From contig CALEUQ010000039.1 in NCBI GenBank assembly GCA_937920495.1, forward strand, positions 8,802 through 72,801: 64,000 nucleotides of DNA, given 5' to 3'. This stretch comes from an uncultured bacterium (lineage in GTDB: Bacteria; Spirochaetota; UBA4802; UB4802). Below the pieces are notes generated by a model. It was not told where the DNA came from. It worked only from the letters and a program-made list of their open reading frames with translations, and made no database searches. Of this stretch, positions 1 through 9,378 are shown piece by piece. Each line of letters starts with the position of its first letter. The stretch's first letter is position 1. Made by a program: the position numbers and the translations under genes.

Positions 1-2536
1 AAAATAGCGATTTGGTTAAAAGCTTTTTTACAAATTTTTGATATAGGCCCAGCGTGTTATCTTTTTCAATAATAGGAATAATACCATCGCGCATTTCTTC
101 TAACCTGTATACAAGAGAATTGGAAAGCCGTTCTTTTATGCTTTTATCTTTAAATAATGAGAAGATATTGTTAAAGTTATCCCATACGGGATCATCCCAG
201 CGGGCCGCAAAATATCGCGAACCGCCCGAGCGCTTTTTCAATTCAATGGCACAGGCATTTCTGTTACAACTTGCCTTTGCCTCATTATCCAGAAGACCGT
301 GCGCTCGTGCAATCATTTCGGATAAGCTTTCCTTATGATGGCAAATGAGAATAGCAGCCGATATTGAAATCTTTTCACCCTTCCCCAGCTGAATTGCCAT
401 TTTCCCCACCTGAGGCGTAAACTTTTCTGATAAAGGAAAAACTTTTCCTTTATCATCCACAAATACAAACGGCTGGCAATAGACGTTCTGTATTTCTCTT
501 GCGGAATTCAATGCATTAAACGCTGGAAGTATTGCACAGATATCATCGCCACCAGCATATATGAGCCTTCCACGATACCGCTCAATAATTTCTTTTACAC
601 TGAAAAGTGAAAAATCACCCAGCGCCTCAGAAATTGCAGCATGAACTGCAGGAGAAAGCATCCTCTTTTTCAAAGATTGGCTTTTAAAAATATCTTCCCA
701 CTCTTTTGTATACACATCTGCAAGGGTTTTATTTTTTAGCTTATCTACAATTTCCGGATGTATCACAGTTTCCCACGTTGATGCCACGCTCTCACCATTG
801 ATGAGCGATCCCATATTGTCGCCATCCATTAAAAGTATGGCATAATACTTATCCTCTTCATACATCTTTATTTTTGTATGCACAACTTTCGCAATCTGCT
901 TTTCAAACTCATCATTTTCATGTAAATTCTGCGCTATTTCCCATTTATCATTTTTATTTTCAATATTGTATCTTTTAAAAAAATTATCAAGAGCTATTTC
1001 TGTTGTGGAGGGAAATGCGTCGGCATTGGCAAAGATATGTGATAATATATGTGAGTTTCCTTTTAGAACGATTGCAGCAAGCCTTTTCACCACACATACC
1101 GCACAAAGTTTTTCTCCCTCAGTAAAATCAAATTTCCCATACCCCTGTTTCACCTTTTCCCAGAATGCCTGTATATGCTTTGTGTATGTTGAAGCTTTCA
1201 CATCTTCAGGATATTCAACAGTATGAAGGACTTCAAACTCGCCGCATAAGTGGCACTTTTCACCATTTTCAGGAAGTCTATGAATGGTTCGCCTGCTCTT
1301 AGCAGATGCAAGCGCACTCTGCACAAGCCGATGCGTTACATTATAAAAACACCCCTGAAATGAACTGGAGGACAATTTTGCAAACTTTTGCGCCAGTTCC
1401 CAGGAAGCTTTATATACTTCTTCTTCAAAATAGTTTTTTAGGGAGTCAATATCCCTTTCCCCGATCATACCCGCACAGGCATAATTAATATCCCAGAAAA
1501 AACCTGTTTGACGTTTAAACATTTTTTCAATTGCATTTTTTTCTTTATCATTAATTGAACATTTTTTAACTATTGAAGAACATATCTGCAAAGAAAGCTC
1601 ATTCCATTTTGAAAGTATTGTTTCTTTTATTTTTTCACAAAAATCCTTAGCTTCAGAATAGGGAAGTAAAAACAAAAATTTATTTGGAAACGTGGCTATT
1701 TCGGATGGCTTTGGCAAACACGATTCCTGAATGAGCGCATCAAAGCCCGCAATACGTTTGAGATACATTTCAACCAGTGGCTGGTCAAGCAATGAAGGGT
1801 ACAATACATGATCAGGGCCAAGGTTCTCTGTCACATACCTGATGCCTTCAAATGCCAGCCATGACAGCAAAATCGATGAGGTCCAGTAATCCCGCAATTT
1901 GCGCGCTTTTGCAATAAAACCCTGCACAGGAGTTATGCTAAATACCGCAAGCGCTACTCCTTCCTGGGCTTTTGCAAGCTCCATGGAGCTATACAGCGCA
2001 GAAACAAGTGCATTGTGATGCCATATCGAGTGATCAGGCATGCGAGTATCAGCGGGTAATCTATGCCACAGCCCACCAAGTCCTGAGATATTTTTTGATG
2101 CAAGCCTGTACCGCAGCAAAAAATATAAGTAATAGAATCGATTGCGCACCCGTTCTATTTCATTGCCGCCATCAATTATTGTTATATCGTTTTCAATTAG
2201 TCCTTTAATTTCTTCGTAATTAATATCTTTAACATCTACATCTATTCCTATTCTGCTATTTGACGATACCGGATGGGTTGTTACTGGATTTTGTAAAAAA
2301 TTAACTGCGCCGCTTGTCTTTTCATCAGCTTGATACCCGGGCAACACCGCGCGTTCAAAACCAGCGGCCAACACATCTGCCGTTTTCCAGAATTTTTCCT
2401 GGCAGCTTTCCACTCCCAGCGCTTTGAGGTATTCAACTGCCCGCCCTTCATGTCCTGGTATTTTAAGCGCTTTATCAAAAGGATCGTGCAAAAAAGCTGC
2501 AATTTTATTATTCCAGTATGAAGTGTCTAAATTCAC
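1..2536 (-). CDS. cas10: Type III CRISPR-Cas Cas10/Cmr2 large subunit. It is 3'-partial because its C-terminus runs off the window start.
   Basis: The minus-strand reading frame is continuous from a GTG at 2536 (GGAGGA SD at 2542-2547) to position 1, about 845 codons. It is absent from the ORF track because it has no in-window stop. The translation shows an N-terminal HD motif (AAFLHDPFDK), a treble-clef zinc finger (CHLCGEF...CAVCVV) and a palm GGDD motif (LIYAGGDDICAI), in the canonical Cas10 domain order. Confidence 0.8.
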   Translation of the reverse strand, partial: MNLDTSYWNNKIAAFLHDPFDKALKIPGHEGRAVEYLKALGVESCQEKFWKTADVLAAGFERAVLPGYQADEKTSGAVNFLQNPVTTHPVSSNSRIGIDVDVKDINYEEIKGLIENDITIIDGGNEIERVRNRFYYLYFLLRYRLASKNISGLGGLWHRLPADTRMPDHSIWHHNALVSALYSSMELAKAQEGVALAVFSITPVQGFIAKARKLRDYWTSSILLSWLAFEGIRYVTENLGPDHVLYPSLLDQPLVEMYLKRIAGFDALIQESCLPKPSEIATFPNKFLFLLPYSEAKDFCEKIKETILSKWNELSLQICSSIVKKCSINDKEKNAIEKMFKRQTGFFWDINYACAGMIGERDIDSLKNYFEEEVYKASWELAQKFAKLSSSSFQGCFYNVTHRLVQSALASAKSRRTIHRLPENGEKCHLCGEFEVLHTVEYPEDVKASTYTKHIQAFWEKVKQGYGKFDFTEGEKLCAVCVVKRLAAIVLKGNSHILSHIFANADAFPSTTEIALDNFFKRYNIENKNDKWEIAQNLHENDEFEKQIAKVVHTKIKMYEEDKYYAILLMDGDNMGSLINGESVASTWETVIHPEIVDKLKNKTLADVYTKEWEDIFKSQSLKKRMLSPAVHAAISEALGDFSLFSVKEIIERYRGRLIYAGGDDICAILPAFNALNSAREIQNVYCQPFVFVDDKGKVFPLSEKFTPQVGKMAIQLGKGEKISISAAILICHHKESLSEMIARAHGLLDNEAKASCNRNACAIELKKRSGGSRYFAARWDDPVWDNFNNIFSLFKDKSIKERLSNSLVYRLEEMRDGIIPIIEKDNTLGLYQKFVKKLLTKSLF

Positions 2537-2574
2537 GTATTCCTCCTTTCCTTCTATGGATACGTTGAATCAAG

Positions 2575-3573
2575 TTAATAAATTGTTTTTATATCTTGAC
2601 CGGAGTGAATCTTTTTTAGAACGCCGGACATTTTTTGAGTAACGTTTGCATACTCGCCATTATCAGCAAGGGGCCCCTGATATTTATATGGCAGTACTAA
2701 AATCTTTCCCTGATATTTTCCCTCTTCTGTCTTGTTTACATGCAAAAAGCATGTTTTGGCGTGCCTCCCGTCTTTTACTTCCTCTTCTTTTGCCTGGACA
2801 ATTGGTAGGGCAATATATTTTCTATTGCCGTAATCATGTTTATTAATTGCTATCTCCTGTGATAATCGCATGGTGCGGTATGCTATGCCAATCTCAGAAA
2901 GCGCATCTTCCCATTTTTCATGCACCTTGAAAGCAAATAACTGCGATTTCTTAGAAAACGAGGTATATTTTGCTTCATCGGTTGCTATTTTTTTATGAAA
3001 TTCAATTATCGGAACATCTTTTGAATATACAGATCCAAAGCCATTTCGGCTCTTTGCTCCCATTCCACCATAATGGATGAGTGCGCTCAAGGCTTTTTCC
3101 ACTTCATCTTTTACAGCTTCTGACGTGTACATACAGTGTAGTATAAACGTGCTGCCGGGTGCGATATGCTTTCTGGACCAATTATGATTAGATGGGTCGT
3201 AGATTCCCAATCCTAAATAGGTAAAAATATCTATGTTGAAATTCTTGTTTTGCCTGACTACCTCAACCTTTTTCCCCTCTGCAATTTTATCCTTAATTTC
3301 TATTTTCTTTGTTTCTATGAACATTGAGAAAGGTGACTTTGATAGTGAATCATTCATGGCAGAGCCAAATACTGCCGATTCCTGTTTTTTTAGTTCATCC
3401 AGATTATGTATTGGATGTATTGCTCGCCACCAGAAACGAAGCAATCCTTTTATTGAGGCAGCTCTAAGTTCAGGCCTGGATATATCCGCACCCGACATGA
3501 ACAACGGAGTGACAACCTCGATTTCATAACTTTTTTTTATCCTGTAATTATATTTACCAATGTAGAACGCCAT
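2575..3573 (-). CDS. cmr1: Type III-B RAMP protein, Cmr1-like (Cas7 superfamily). It is the first gene of the cmr operon.
   Basis: This 332-aa protein starts MAFYIGKYNYRIK...VVTPLFMSGAD...ELRAASIKGLLRFWWRA, the typical RAMP N-terminal signature. It lies immediately upstream of cas10 on the same strand and is preceded by a 970-bp gene-free region. Confidence 0.6.
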   Translation of the reverse strand: MAFYIGKYNYRIKKSYEIEVVTPLFMSGADISRPELRAASIKGLLRFWWRAIHPIHNLDELKKQESAVFGSAMNDSLSKSPFSMFIETKKIEIKDKIAEGKKVEVVRQNKNFNIDIFTYLGLGIYDPSNHNWSRKHIAPGSTFILHCMYTSEAVKDEVEKALSALIHYGGMGAKSRNGFGSVYSKDVPIIEFHKKIATDEAKYTSFSKKSQLFAFKVHEKWEDALSEIGIAYRTMRLSQEIAINKHDYGNRKYIALPIVQAKEEEVKDGRHAKTCFLHVNKTEEGKYQGKILVLPYKYQGPLADNGEYANVTQKMSGVLKKIHSGQDIKTIY

Positions 3574-4542
3574 TGTTCCCCCTAAATATTAATAAAAGTT
3601 TATTAATATCTAAAATAAACTGACATCCATTACATGAAGTACGATCTTTTTCAAGGCAGGTTTGCAACTTTAGCGTCCAGCCAAATACACCACGCAAGGC
3701 TATATCTGGAAAGTTGAAAAACCGTATAGGCTTGGTTGCGTGTAAAAGTATTTTAAATTTATATAATAGTAAGGTAGCTTTTTGTGATAATATCATTCAA
3801 ACTCCTTGTCTATTACAAAAACTAACAAATGATGTCATACATAAAAACAAAAGTCAAACACTTTTCATTTTTACAAATTCTATCAACTATACTTTTCATA
3901 TCAATAACAGTACAAATTAACCTAATTATATTCACTATTTAATTTAATTTTAATTGTTATATGATAATCGTCCCTATTCCATTTCAGGCAATGACTGCAT
4001 GCAGGGCAGCCTGAACAATCATAAAAAATGGGACTCTTCTGATCTAACAACCCACCTACTTTTACTATATGAGACCCTGTTCATACACATATACACTTTG
4101 TATAATGCAACCTCTGTTTTTACATTTTGTTTTGTTCGATAGTTACAGGCTATAAAACATCATTTTCTTAGCTATCCATATATATTAATGACAGTGATAA
4201 CCACAGTTTTATAGGAGTACTTTGCTTTTTATTTTTACCCGATTATACATACAATAGATAGAAAATCACTTAAATAGACGGTGAATGCAGGTGTTATGGA
4301 TTCATAAAATTATACCAGGTATGGTATAAAGAATTGTACTTCCAATCTACCACCGATTACGGTGTAAACCTTTCACATTGTGATTCACCTGTCATACACC
4401 TGAATCGTCACGCAAAGCGATTATTATTGTACAGCATGGCTTTTAGGTTACAGCAGGATACACACCTTTTACATAAACACAATTTTAATCATCATTAATA
4501 TTTCTACTTGACACCACCCATAACCTACTTTTTCCATAAACT

Positions 4543-6126
4543 ATGGAGCAACTTCATCATCTTATTACTCAATTAAATTCAAAACCTAAAGAAGAGCGTA
4601 ATAACTTTTACCGTGACGCTATATTACCAATTATAAGTGATTTGCTGCATCAGCAATATCAACAATATCTACAATCAAACAATTACAATTCATATTTAAC
4701 TCTCATCACAACGCTTTCACATGATATCAATATCTTACTGCTTTTACTGTACAGCATTAAGCCCAAATACCTTGTGGTATTTTATACCAGCGATAAAAAC
4801 AAGTTGATTGAAAAACTATACCCCCTAACTCAATCACTACAACTCAACATAGAAACAATACAGCTTGATAGTACCAATCACAACAATAACAATAGTAAAA
4901 TAAAGGATACAATCAAACGTTACAAAAAAAACTATCATCCTGTGCTATGCGACATCACAGGTGGCAAAAAGATTTTTTCAACACAAATTGGTATACTGGC
5001 GCATTCATTAAAAACCGACATTGCATACATTGATTCATCAAAAGGTTTTTTACAGTGGGGCATACCTCTGCCCGGCACTGAAATATTATACATTCAAAAA
5101 CCTGATAACATCTTCAATTTGCTTGAAATATATCATGCCAATAAATTGCGAATACGCTTTAACAGCATCTCTTCAAATATAGAGTATGAAGCCGATGTTA
5201 ATGGAAGGTTGTACAGGTTAGGCCAGAAAAAACTAAAACCAGAGGAAATCGATAAACTGGTAGATTATGTAAACCGCTTTTACATGGATATCAATGCTTC
5301 TATCATCAATAATTCATATTCCACAATTAACATGGGGAAATATGCTCTGTCATTTAAAACCCTTCTTTTTACAAAAGAGCTCAATCATTTCGTTTCAATA
5401 CACAACAATTTAACTCATTTAGTCATAGATAATGAATTGAGTGCGTTTCCGTGGGAATTTATCTTTGCTCACTGCAACGTAAGTTTACCACTGTTTCGTA
5501 TTCCCAATCGTGATAGTAATTTCATTGAAAATAATAAATGTAATAATCAAAAAAGCATTGCATTCATCACAGGTTATGGTGAAAATCTCCCGGATTTTGC
5601 AACCACAGTACATAATATTAAATTGCTGTTATCAAAAGAAAAACAATTTTCACTGGCTACTATCACCGCAAAAAACTCATTTGAATTAAAAAAATTTTTT
5701 GCCGAATATAGTTCCAATCCCTTTACAGTGGTTATATTTTTTGGCCATGCAGCATTTGGTAACTGCAGTGAAAACACAGGCTTGATATGCCAGGATGGAA
5801 GTATTTTTTCTATTGAAGATTGTGATGTGCTAAGCGGCTCCCCACCTGAATGCATACTCATTAATTCCTGTCAATCAGCTCGCTGCAGTTTGTTTACACC
5901 CAATTCTTTTGCTCATGCTGTTATAAATTCGGGAGTTGAAACCTATATTGGGACCCATTTTTTTTTAGAATATAAACGAAGTATTTGTTTTTTACAATCA
6001 TTTCTTAAAGCTATTGCATGCAACCACACTTATGCAGATGCGTATAAATATAGCATCGATAGCATTACTCAACAATTTGGCAAAAATGATATAAGTACAT
6101 ATAATTATGTATACTACGGATATTAA
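4543..6126 (+). CDS. Fusion of a CARF-domain sensor to a caspase/CHAT-like cysteine peptidase. It is a candidate cyclic-oligoadenylate-activated protease.
   Basis: This 527-aa protein has, at residues about 75-260, a beta1 strand ending in polar residues (LVVFYTSD) and the strand-4 [DN]x[ST]xxx[RK] CARF signature (DITGGKK). Its C-terminal 190 aa has a caspase-fold pattern: KSIAFITGYG, then a His in VVIFFGHAAFG, then a Cys in ECILINSCQSA, followed by a CHAT-like tail (NSGVETYIGTHFFLEYK). There is no SD before the only possible ATG, so the mRNA may be leaderless. The gene is adjacent to cmr1. Confidence 0.6.
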   Translation: MEQLHHLITQLNSKPKEERNNFYRDAILPIISDLLHQQYQQYLQSNNYNSYLTLITTLSHDINILLLLLYSIKPKYLVVFYTSDKNKLIEKLYPLTQSLQLNIETIQLDSTNHNNNNSKIKDTIKRYKKNYHPVLCDITGGKKIFSTQIGILAHSLKTDIAYIDSSKGFLQWGIPLPGTEILYIQKPDNIFNLLEIYHANKLRIRFNSISSNIEYEADVNGRLYRLGQKKLKPEEIDKLVDYVNRFYMDINASIINNSYSTINMGKYALSFKTLLFTKELNHFVSIHNNLTHLVIDNELSAFPWEFIFAHCNVSLPLFRIPNRDSNFIENNKCNNQKSIAFITGYGENLPDFATTVHNIKLLLSKEKQFSLATITAKNSFELKKFFAEYSSNPFTVVIFFGHAAFGNCSENTGLICQDGSIFSIEDCDVLSGSPPECILINSCQSARCSLFTPNSFAHAVINSGVETYIGTHFFLEYKRSICFLQSFLKAIACNHTYADAYKYSIDSITQQFGKNDISTYNYVYYGY

Positions 6127-6139
6127 TTGATTGCTAACA

Positions 6140-8182
6140 TTAAAATGGAAACAAATACCATAAAGTATTCCATTTGATAACAGGTGTATCTTTATACTTT
6201 TCTTGCACCTTTACTAAATAGTCATACAATGTTGTACCTAAACTTTGTTGTAACACTTTGTGCCATATTTTTTTTATTTCTTCCTGCAAGCTTTTTAATG
6301 AAGCACTATCTTTAAGCGATAAAAGCCAGATATAGTCAGCTCTTATTGATAATTCTTTTGTCAGGATTGTAACATTTTCATTTTTCATGCATAACTCACG
6401 TGCATGATTATAGAAGTCATTTGCTTGCTTTATGGATGAGTTTGAACCATATAGACCATACAAAACCATTACATAATGATATATAGAATGAACAGGATAG
6501 GTTGACACTTTTACCATTGATTCAACATTTGCTTTATACTTATTAAAACACGTAGTTACTATCTCATAATACTTTTTAACATTTTTTGAATAATCGTTCA
6601 TTAGCTCTACGTAGTATATACGCAAAAAATGCAATAATGGAAATAATAATGATCTTTTTAAGATATCTTCCAGCAATTGCATATCATTGTGATATTCAAC
6701 ACCACACCCTTTTGCTAGATTTCGTCTTGCTTCTTCAAAGTTTTTTGTATACGTTTCAATTTGTGCACAGTACTGATACTGACGCATGATGTCTTCAGAT
6801 TGAACAAAGCTTTGTAGTGCTTTTTTAGAAATGTCCCTCACTTCTTCCCAGCTGCCCCCGTGTATTAAAGTGTGATACATCTTTGCTTGCAATTTTGTTC
6901 CAATAATTTCACCAAGTATGCGTGGTTGCACAACTATATTCTCATCGCTTTCACTTAGAAAACTAAATGCCTCGCTTACTTTTTTTTCAAGATTGTGCAT
7001 TTCATTGAAAGACCATTCAAATGCATACATATTGGTAAGATGCACACCATAGAGTACCTTGATACGTAACCGCGCACTTAAATAATCTAAATCAAATGGA
7101 ATTGATTTGATAAATGAGTATGCCTGTCTGTATACATCTTCAAATGTATGTACATCACCTTTATGGTTATATAAAGTAAGCAGGATCATATAACAGTAGG
7201 TATATATCCAGTGAATGTCTTCTTTACGTTTACCATAATCAGGAAGTTTTTCTTCTAAACGTGGCAAAATGTTTTCTATTATAAATAATATATCACTGTC
7301 CAAATCTTTTAAAATTCTATCTTCATTTATTGCATTATAATAAAGAGCAAGCAAAGATGAAAATATACTGTTAATATAAAAGATATTTAGTTTACATAAC
7401 TGCTCTAAAACATCAGGTAGGATTTTTTTTACCGCATTATCCTTTAAAGCGTTGTCGATTAAATTCTTTAACGCATACTCATACAGATTATCATTCATCA
7501 AATTATTAATCTTTTCAGTAATGGTTGGTGAAGCATGAATATATATTTTATGTTGTTCTATCCATATATTGAATTTTTCTACTACTTTTTGATCATACCT
7601 ATCATTACCATTTATATGCGTATCTAATCTATAAAACGTATGAACAATTGCATCAGCTAATTGTAAAAAATAATTTTTTTTACTTTCCACCTCTACCTTG
7701 GTTTTTATGTTTCTATTAGGTAATGGTGATAATACTATGGCCTTTGTAACTAATTCGTTTATTCTTTCTTTATATTCTTCTTCTTTTATTCCTACTCTAT
7801 GTTCGATAGTAACCGTTAATTCACTAATATCCTGGAATAATTTTGATTTTTTTTTAATAAATGCAAAAATTCCCTCAGCCAGCACATGCAGGTAAGTTTT
7901 AGTATCATTTATAACATAAAAACCACGCTGAGGGATAAAGATTATCGGAATAATATCATTTTGTTTACAAAAATCTATCAAATTATCTATTACAGCCAAT
8001 AAAGTTGAATTTGATAATTCGTTACCATGAAAAATTTCAGATTCTAAATTAAATTGTCTAAAAAAATTTGCTACATCGTTACTTGTTAAAATTTTGTCTT
8101 TAATAAAAAAACCACCAACAATACTACGTTTTTGTTTATAACCCTGAAATTTTCCACTTTCATCAAGGTACAAATAAGCCAT
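6140..8182 (-). CDS. DUF3800-domain protein with a large C-terminal alpha-helical (TPR-like) domain. It is the last gene of the sigma/anti-sigma operon.
   Basis: This 680-aa protein has an N-terminus MAYLYLDESGKF... and a later QLADAIVHTFYR, matching the DUF3800 (yiDESG...QlAD) signature. About 480 helical residues follow. It begins 15 nt after the anti-sigma stop, with GATGGA upstream. Confidence 0.5.
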   Translation of the reverse strand: MAYLYLDESGKFQGYKQKRSIVGGFFIKDKILTSNDVANFFRQFNLESEIFHGNELSNSTLLAVIDNLIDFCKQNDIIPIIFIPQRGFYVINDTKTYLHVLAEGIFAFIKKKSKLFQDISELTVTIEHRVGIKEEEYKERINELVTKAIVLSPLPNRNIKTKVEVESKKNYFLQLADAIVHTFYRLDTHINGNDRYDQKVVEKFNIWIEQHKIYIHASPTITEKINNLMNDNLYEYALKNLIDNALKDNAVKKILPDVLEQLCKLNIFYINSIFSSLLALYYNAINEDRILKDLDSDILFIIENILPRLEEKLPDYGKRKEDIHWIYTYCYMILLTLYNHKGDVHTFEDVYRQAYSFIKSIPFDLDYLSARLRIKVLYGVHLTNMYAFEWSFNEMHNLEKKVSEAFSFLSESDENIVVQPRILGEIIGTKLQAKMYHTLIHGGSWEEVRDISKKALQSFVQSEDIMRQYQYCAQIETYTKNFEEARRNLAKGCGVEYHNDMQLLEDILKRSLLFPLLHFLRIYYVELMNDYSKNVKKYYEIVTTCFNKYKANVESMVKVSTYPVHSIYHYVMVLYGLYGSNSSIKQANDFYNHARELCMKNENVTILTKELSIRADYIWLLSLKDSASLKSLQEEIKKIWHKVLQQSLGTTLYDYLVKVQEKYKDTPVIKWNTLWYLFPF

Positions 8183-8197
8183 AACGCAGTGTCCATC

Positions 8198-8749
8198 TTA
8201 TTTTGTTATATTAATTTTAATAATCTTTTTAAAATCAAATAGCAGCACTATATTACCTGGCTCAACTGACGAAAATTGCGCTGTATTGTTAGTAATAGTT
8301 GCTATATCAAATCTACTTCCAGTAAGCAGATGTATTTTTATACCATTTACGGGACTGTATATCACCACATCAATTGCTTTGTTATTATATATAATTTTAA
8401 CTTTAATTATTTTGTCATTATAAGGATACTCTATTTCTACTACCGGAAGTTTTTCATTTTCTAACACATATACTTGAGATTGCACTACATATTTTGAACA
8501 TACCTGAGGAATGAAAATATTATCTTGATATTTAATATCCAATATGAATGTGTCATCATCAATATTAAATTCATCTTCCATTGTTAAGAAATAATCTTCA
8601 TAAAGCTGTCTACATTGTGTGCATTCATTTAAATGATGAAACACTTTATCAATTGTTTTTTCATCAGTAATTGTACCATCAGCAACGCCCAATACCATAT
8701 CCTGCAAATCATCATTGCAATTAGATGAGTATATATGTAACTGCGTCAT
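8198..8749 (-). CDS. Zinc-binding anti-sigma factor (ZAS family, HxxxCxxC).
   Basis: This 183-aa protein has an N-terminal HHLNECTQCRQLYEDY, which is the H-x3-C-x2-C ZAS motif. Its start ATG overlaps the sigma-factor TGA stop (ATGA), indicating translational coupling. The C-terminal ~120 aa is beta-rich. Confidence 0.6.
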   Translation of the reverse strand: MTQLHIYSSNCNDDLQDMVLGVADGTITDEKTIDKVFHHLNECTQCRQLYEDYFLTMEDEFNIDDDTFILDIKYQDNIFIPQVCSKYVVQSQVYVLENEKLPVVEIEYPYNDKIIKVKIIYNNKAIDVVIYSPVNGIKIHLLTGSRFDIATITNNTAQFSSVEPGNIVLLFDFKKIIKINITK

Positions 8750-9378
8750 GACAGTATCTCCTCTTCAACTTCAGGATATTTCTTCTTAACTGCAGATAAA
8801 ATACGTTTTTTGATTTTTTCTATGCGTTCATATACGGAGGGTTGGGAAAGTTTTATCATTTGGGCAACTTCTGCTTGCGTTTTTTTATACAAAAAATACC
8901 ATGTGTAAATTAATTTATCTTTTTCATCAAACGTATCCAGTGTATTTTTAATAATATTTAAAATATCATTTTTCACAATTTCATCTGTAAAATCTATTGA
9001 TACCGGATGGAACAAATCAAAGATGCTAATATTGTCATCATCCTGCTCTTCTGATTGATTGCTGTCAATATCAACTTGTCTAATAAATTTGTTTTTTTTA
9101 TTAACATAACTAATTACACTATTACGTATTATCTTGAACAGGTAAGTTTTAAATTTACTTTTTCCCTTGTAATTGGCAATACCATTCAGAAAAAGTTTAA
9201 AACATACATTCTGGAAAATGTCTTCAATATCATCTTCATTAAGATTGTAATTTTTTACATAATTAATTTTTTTTATAGTACGTTTTATAAAGTCTAAATG
9301 TTCAATGAGCAATTGTTGTGGCGTTTTATCATCCATTATTATAAATACCATCTCAATTGGTAATATTTCATTACTCAT
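8746..9378 (-). CDS. ECF-type RNA polymerase sigma factor (sigma-70 family, regions 2 and 4).
   Basis: Region 2 is DDIEDIFQNVCFKLFLNGIANYKGKSKFKTYLFKIIRNSVISYV. Region 4 HTH is KLIYTWYFLYKKTQAEVAQMIKLSQPSVYERIEKIKKRI. The start is ambiguous: the ORF track starts at 9438, M21 is at 9378 and M35 is at 9336. Confidence 0.75.
   Translation of the reverse strand: MSNEILPIEMVFIIMDDKTPQQLLIEHLDFIKRTIKKINYVKNYNLNEDDIEDIFQNVCFKLFLNGIANYKGKSKFKTYLFKIIRNSVISYVNKKNKFIRQVDIDSNQSEEQDDDNISIFDLFHPVSIDFTDEIVKNDILNIIKNTLDTFDEKDKLIYTWYFLYKKTQAEVAQMIKLSQPSVYERIEKIKKRILSAVKKKYPEVEEEILS

Noticed and set aside
54-2502. Small ORFs inside the cas10 region, on the plus strand at 54-338, 966-1226, 1306-1488 and 1972-2208, and on the minus strand at 2281-2502.
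   Set aside because: A continuous ~845-codon minus-strand frame with Cas10 motifs covers the region. The small ORFs are antisense or out-of-frame artefacts.
3574-4542. Possible CRISPR array or leader next to cmr1.
   Set aside because: No direct repeats of 24-40 bp with regular spacing were found on reading the region.
5574-5861. Minus-strand 95-aa ORF inside the CARF-protease gene.
   Set aside because: It is antisense to a well-supported long ORF and has no features of its own.
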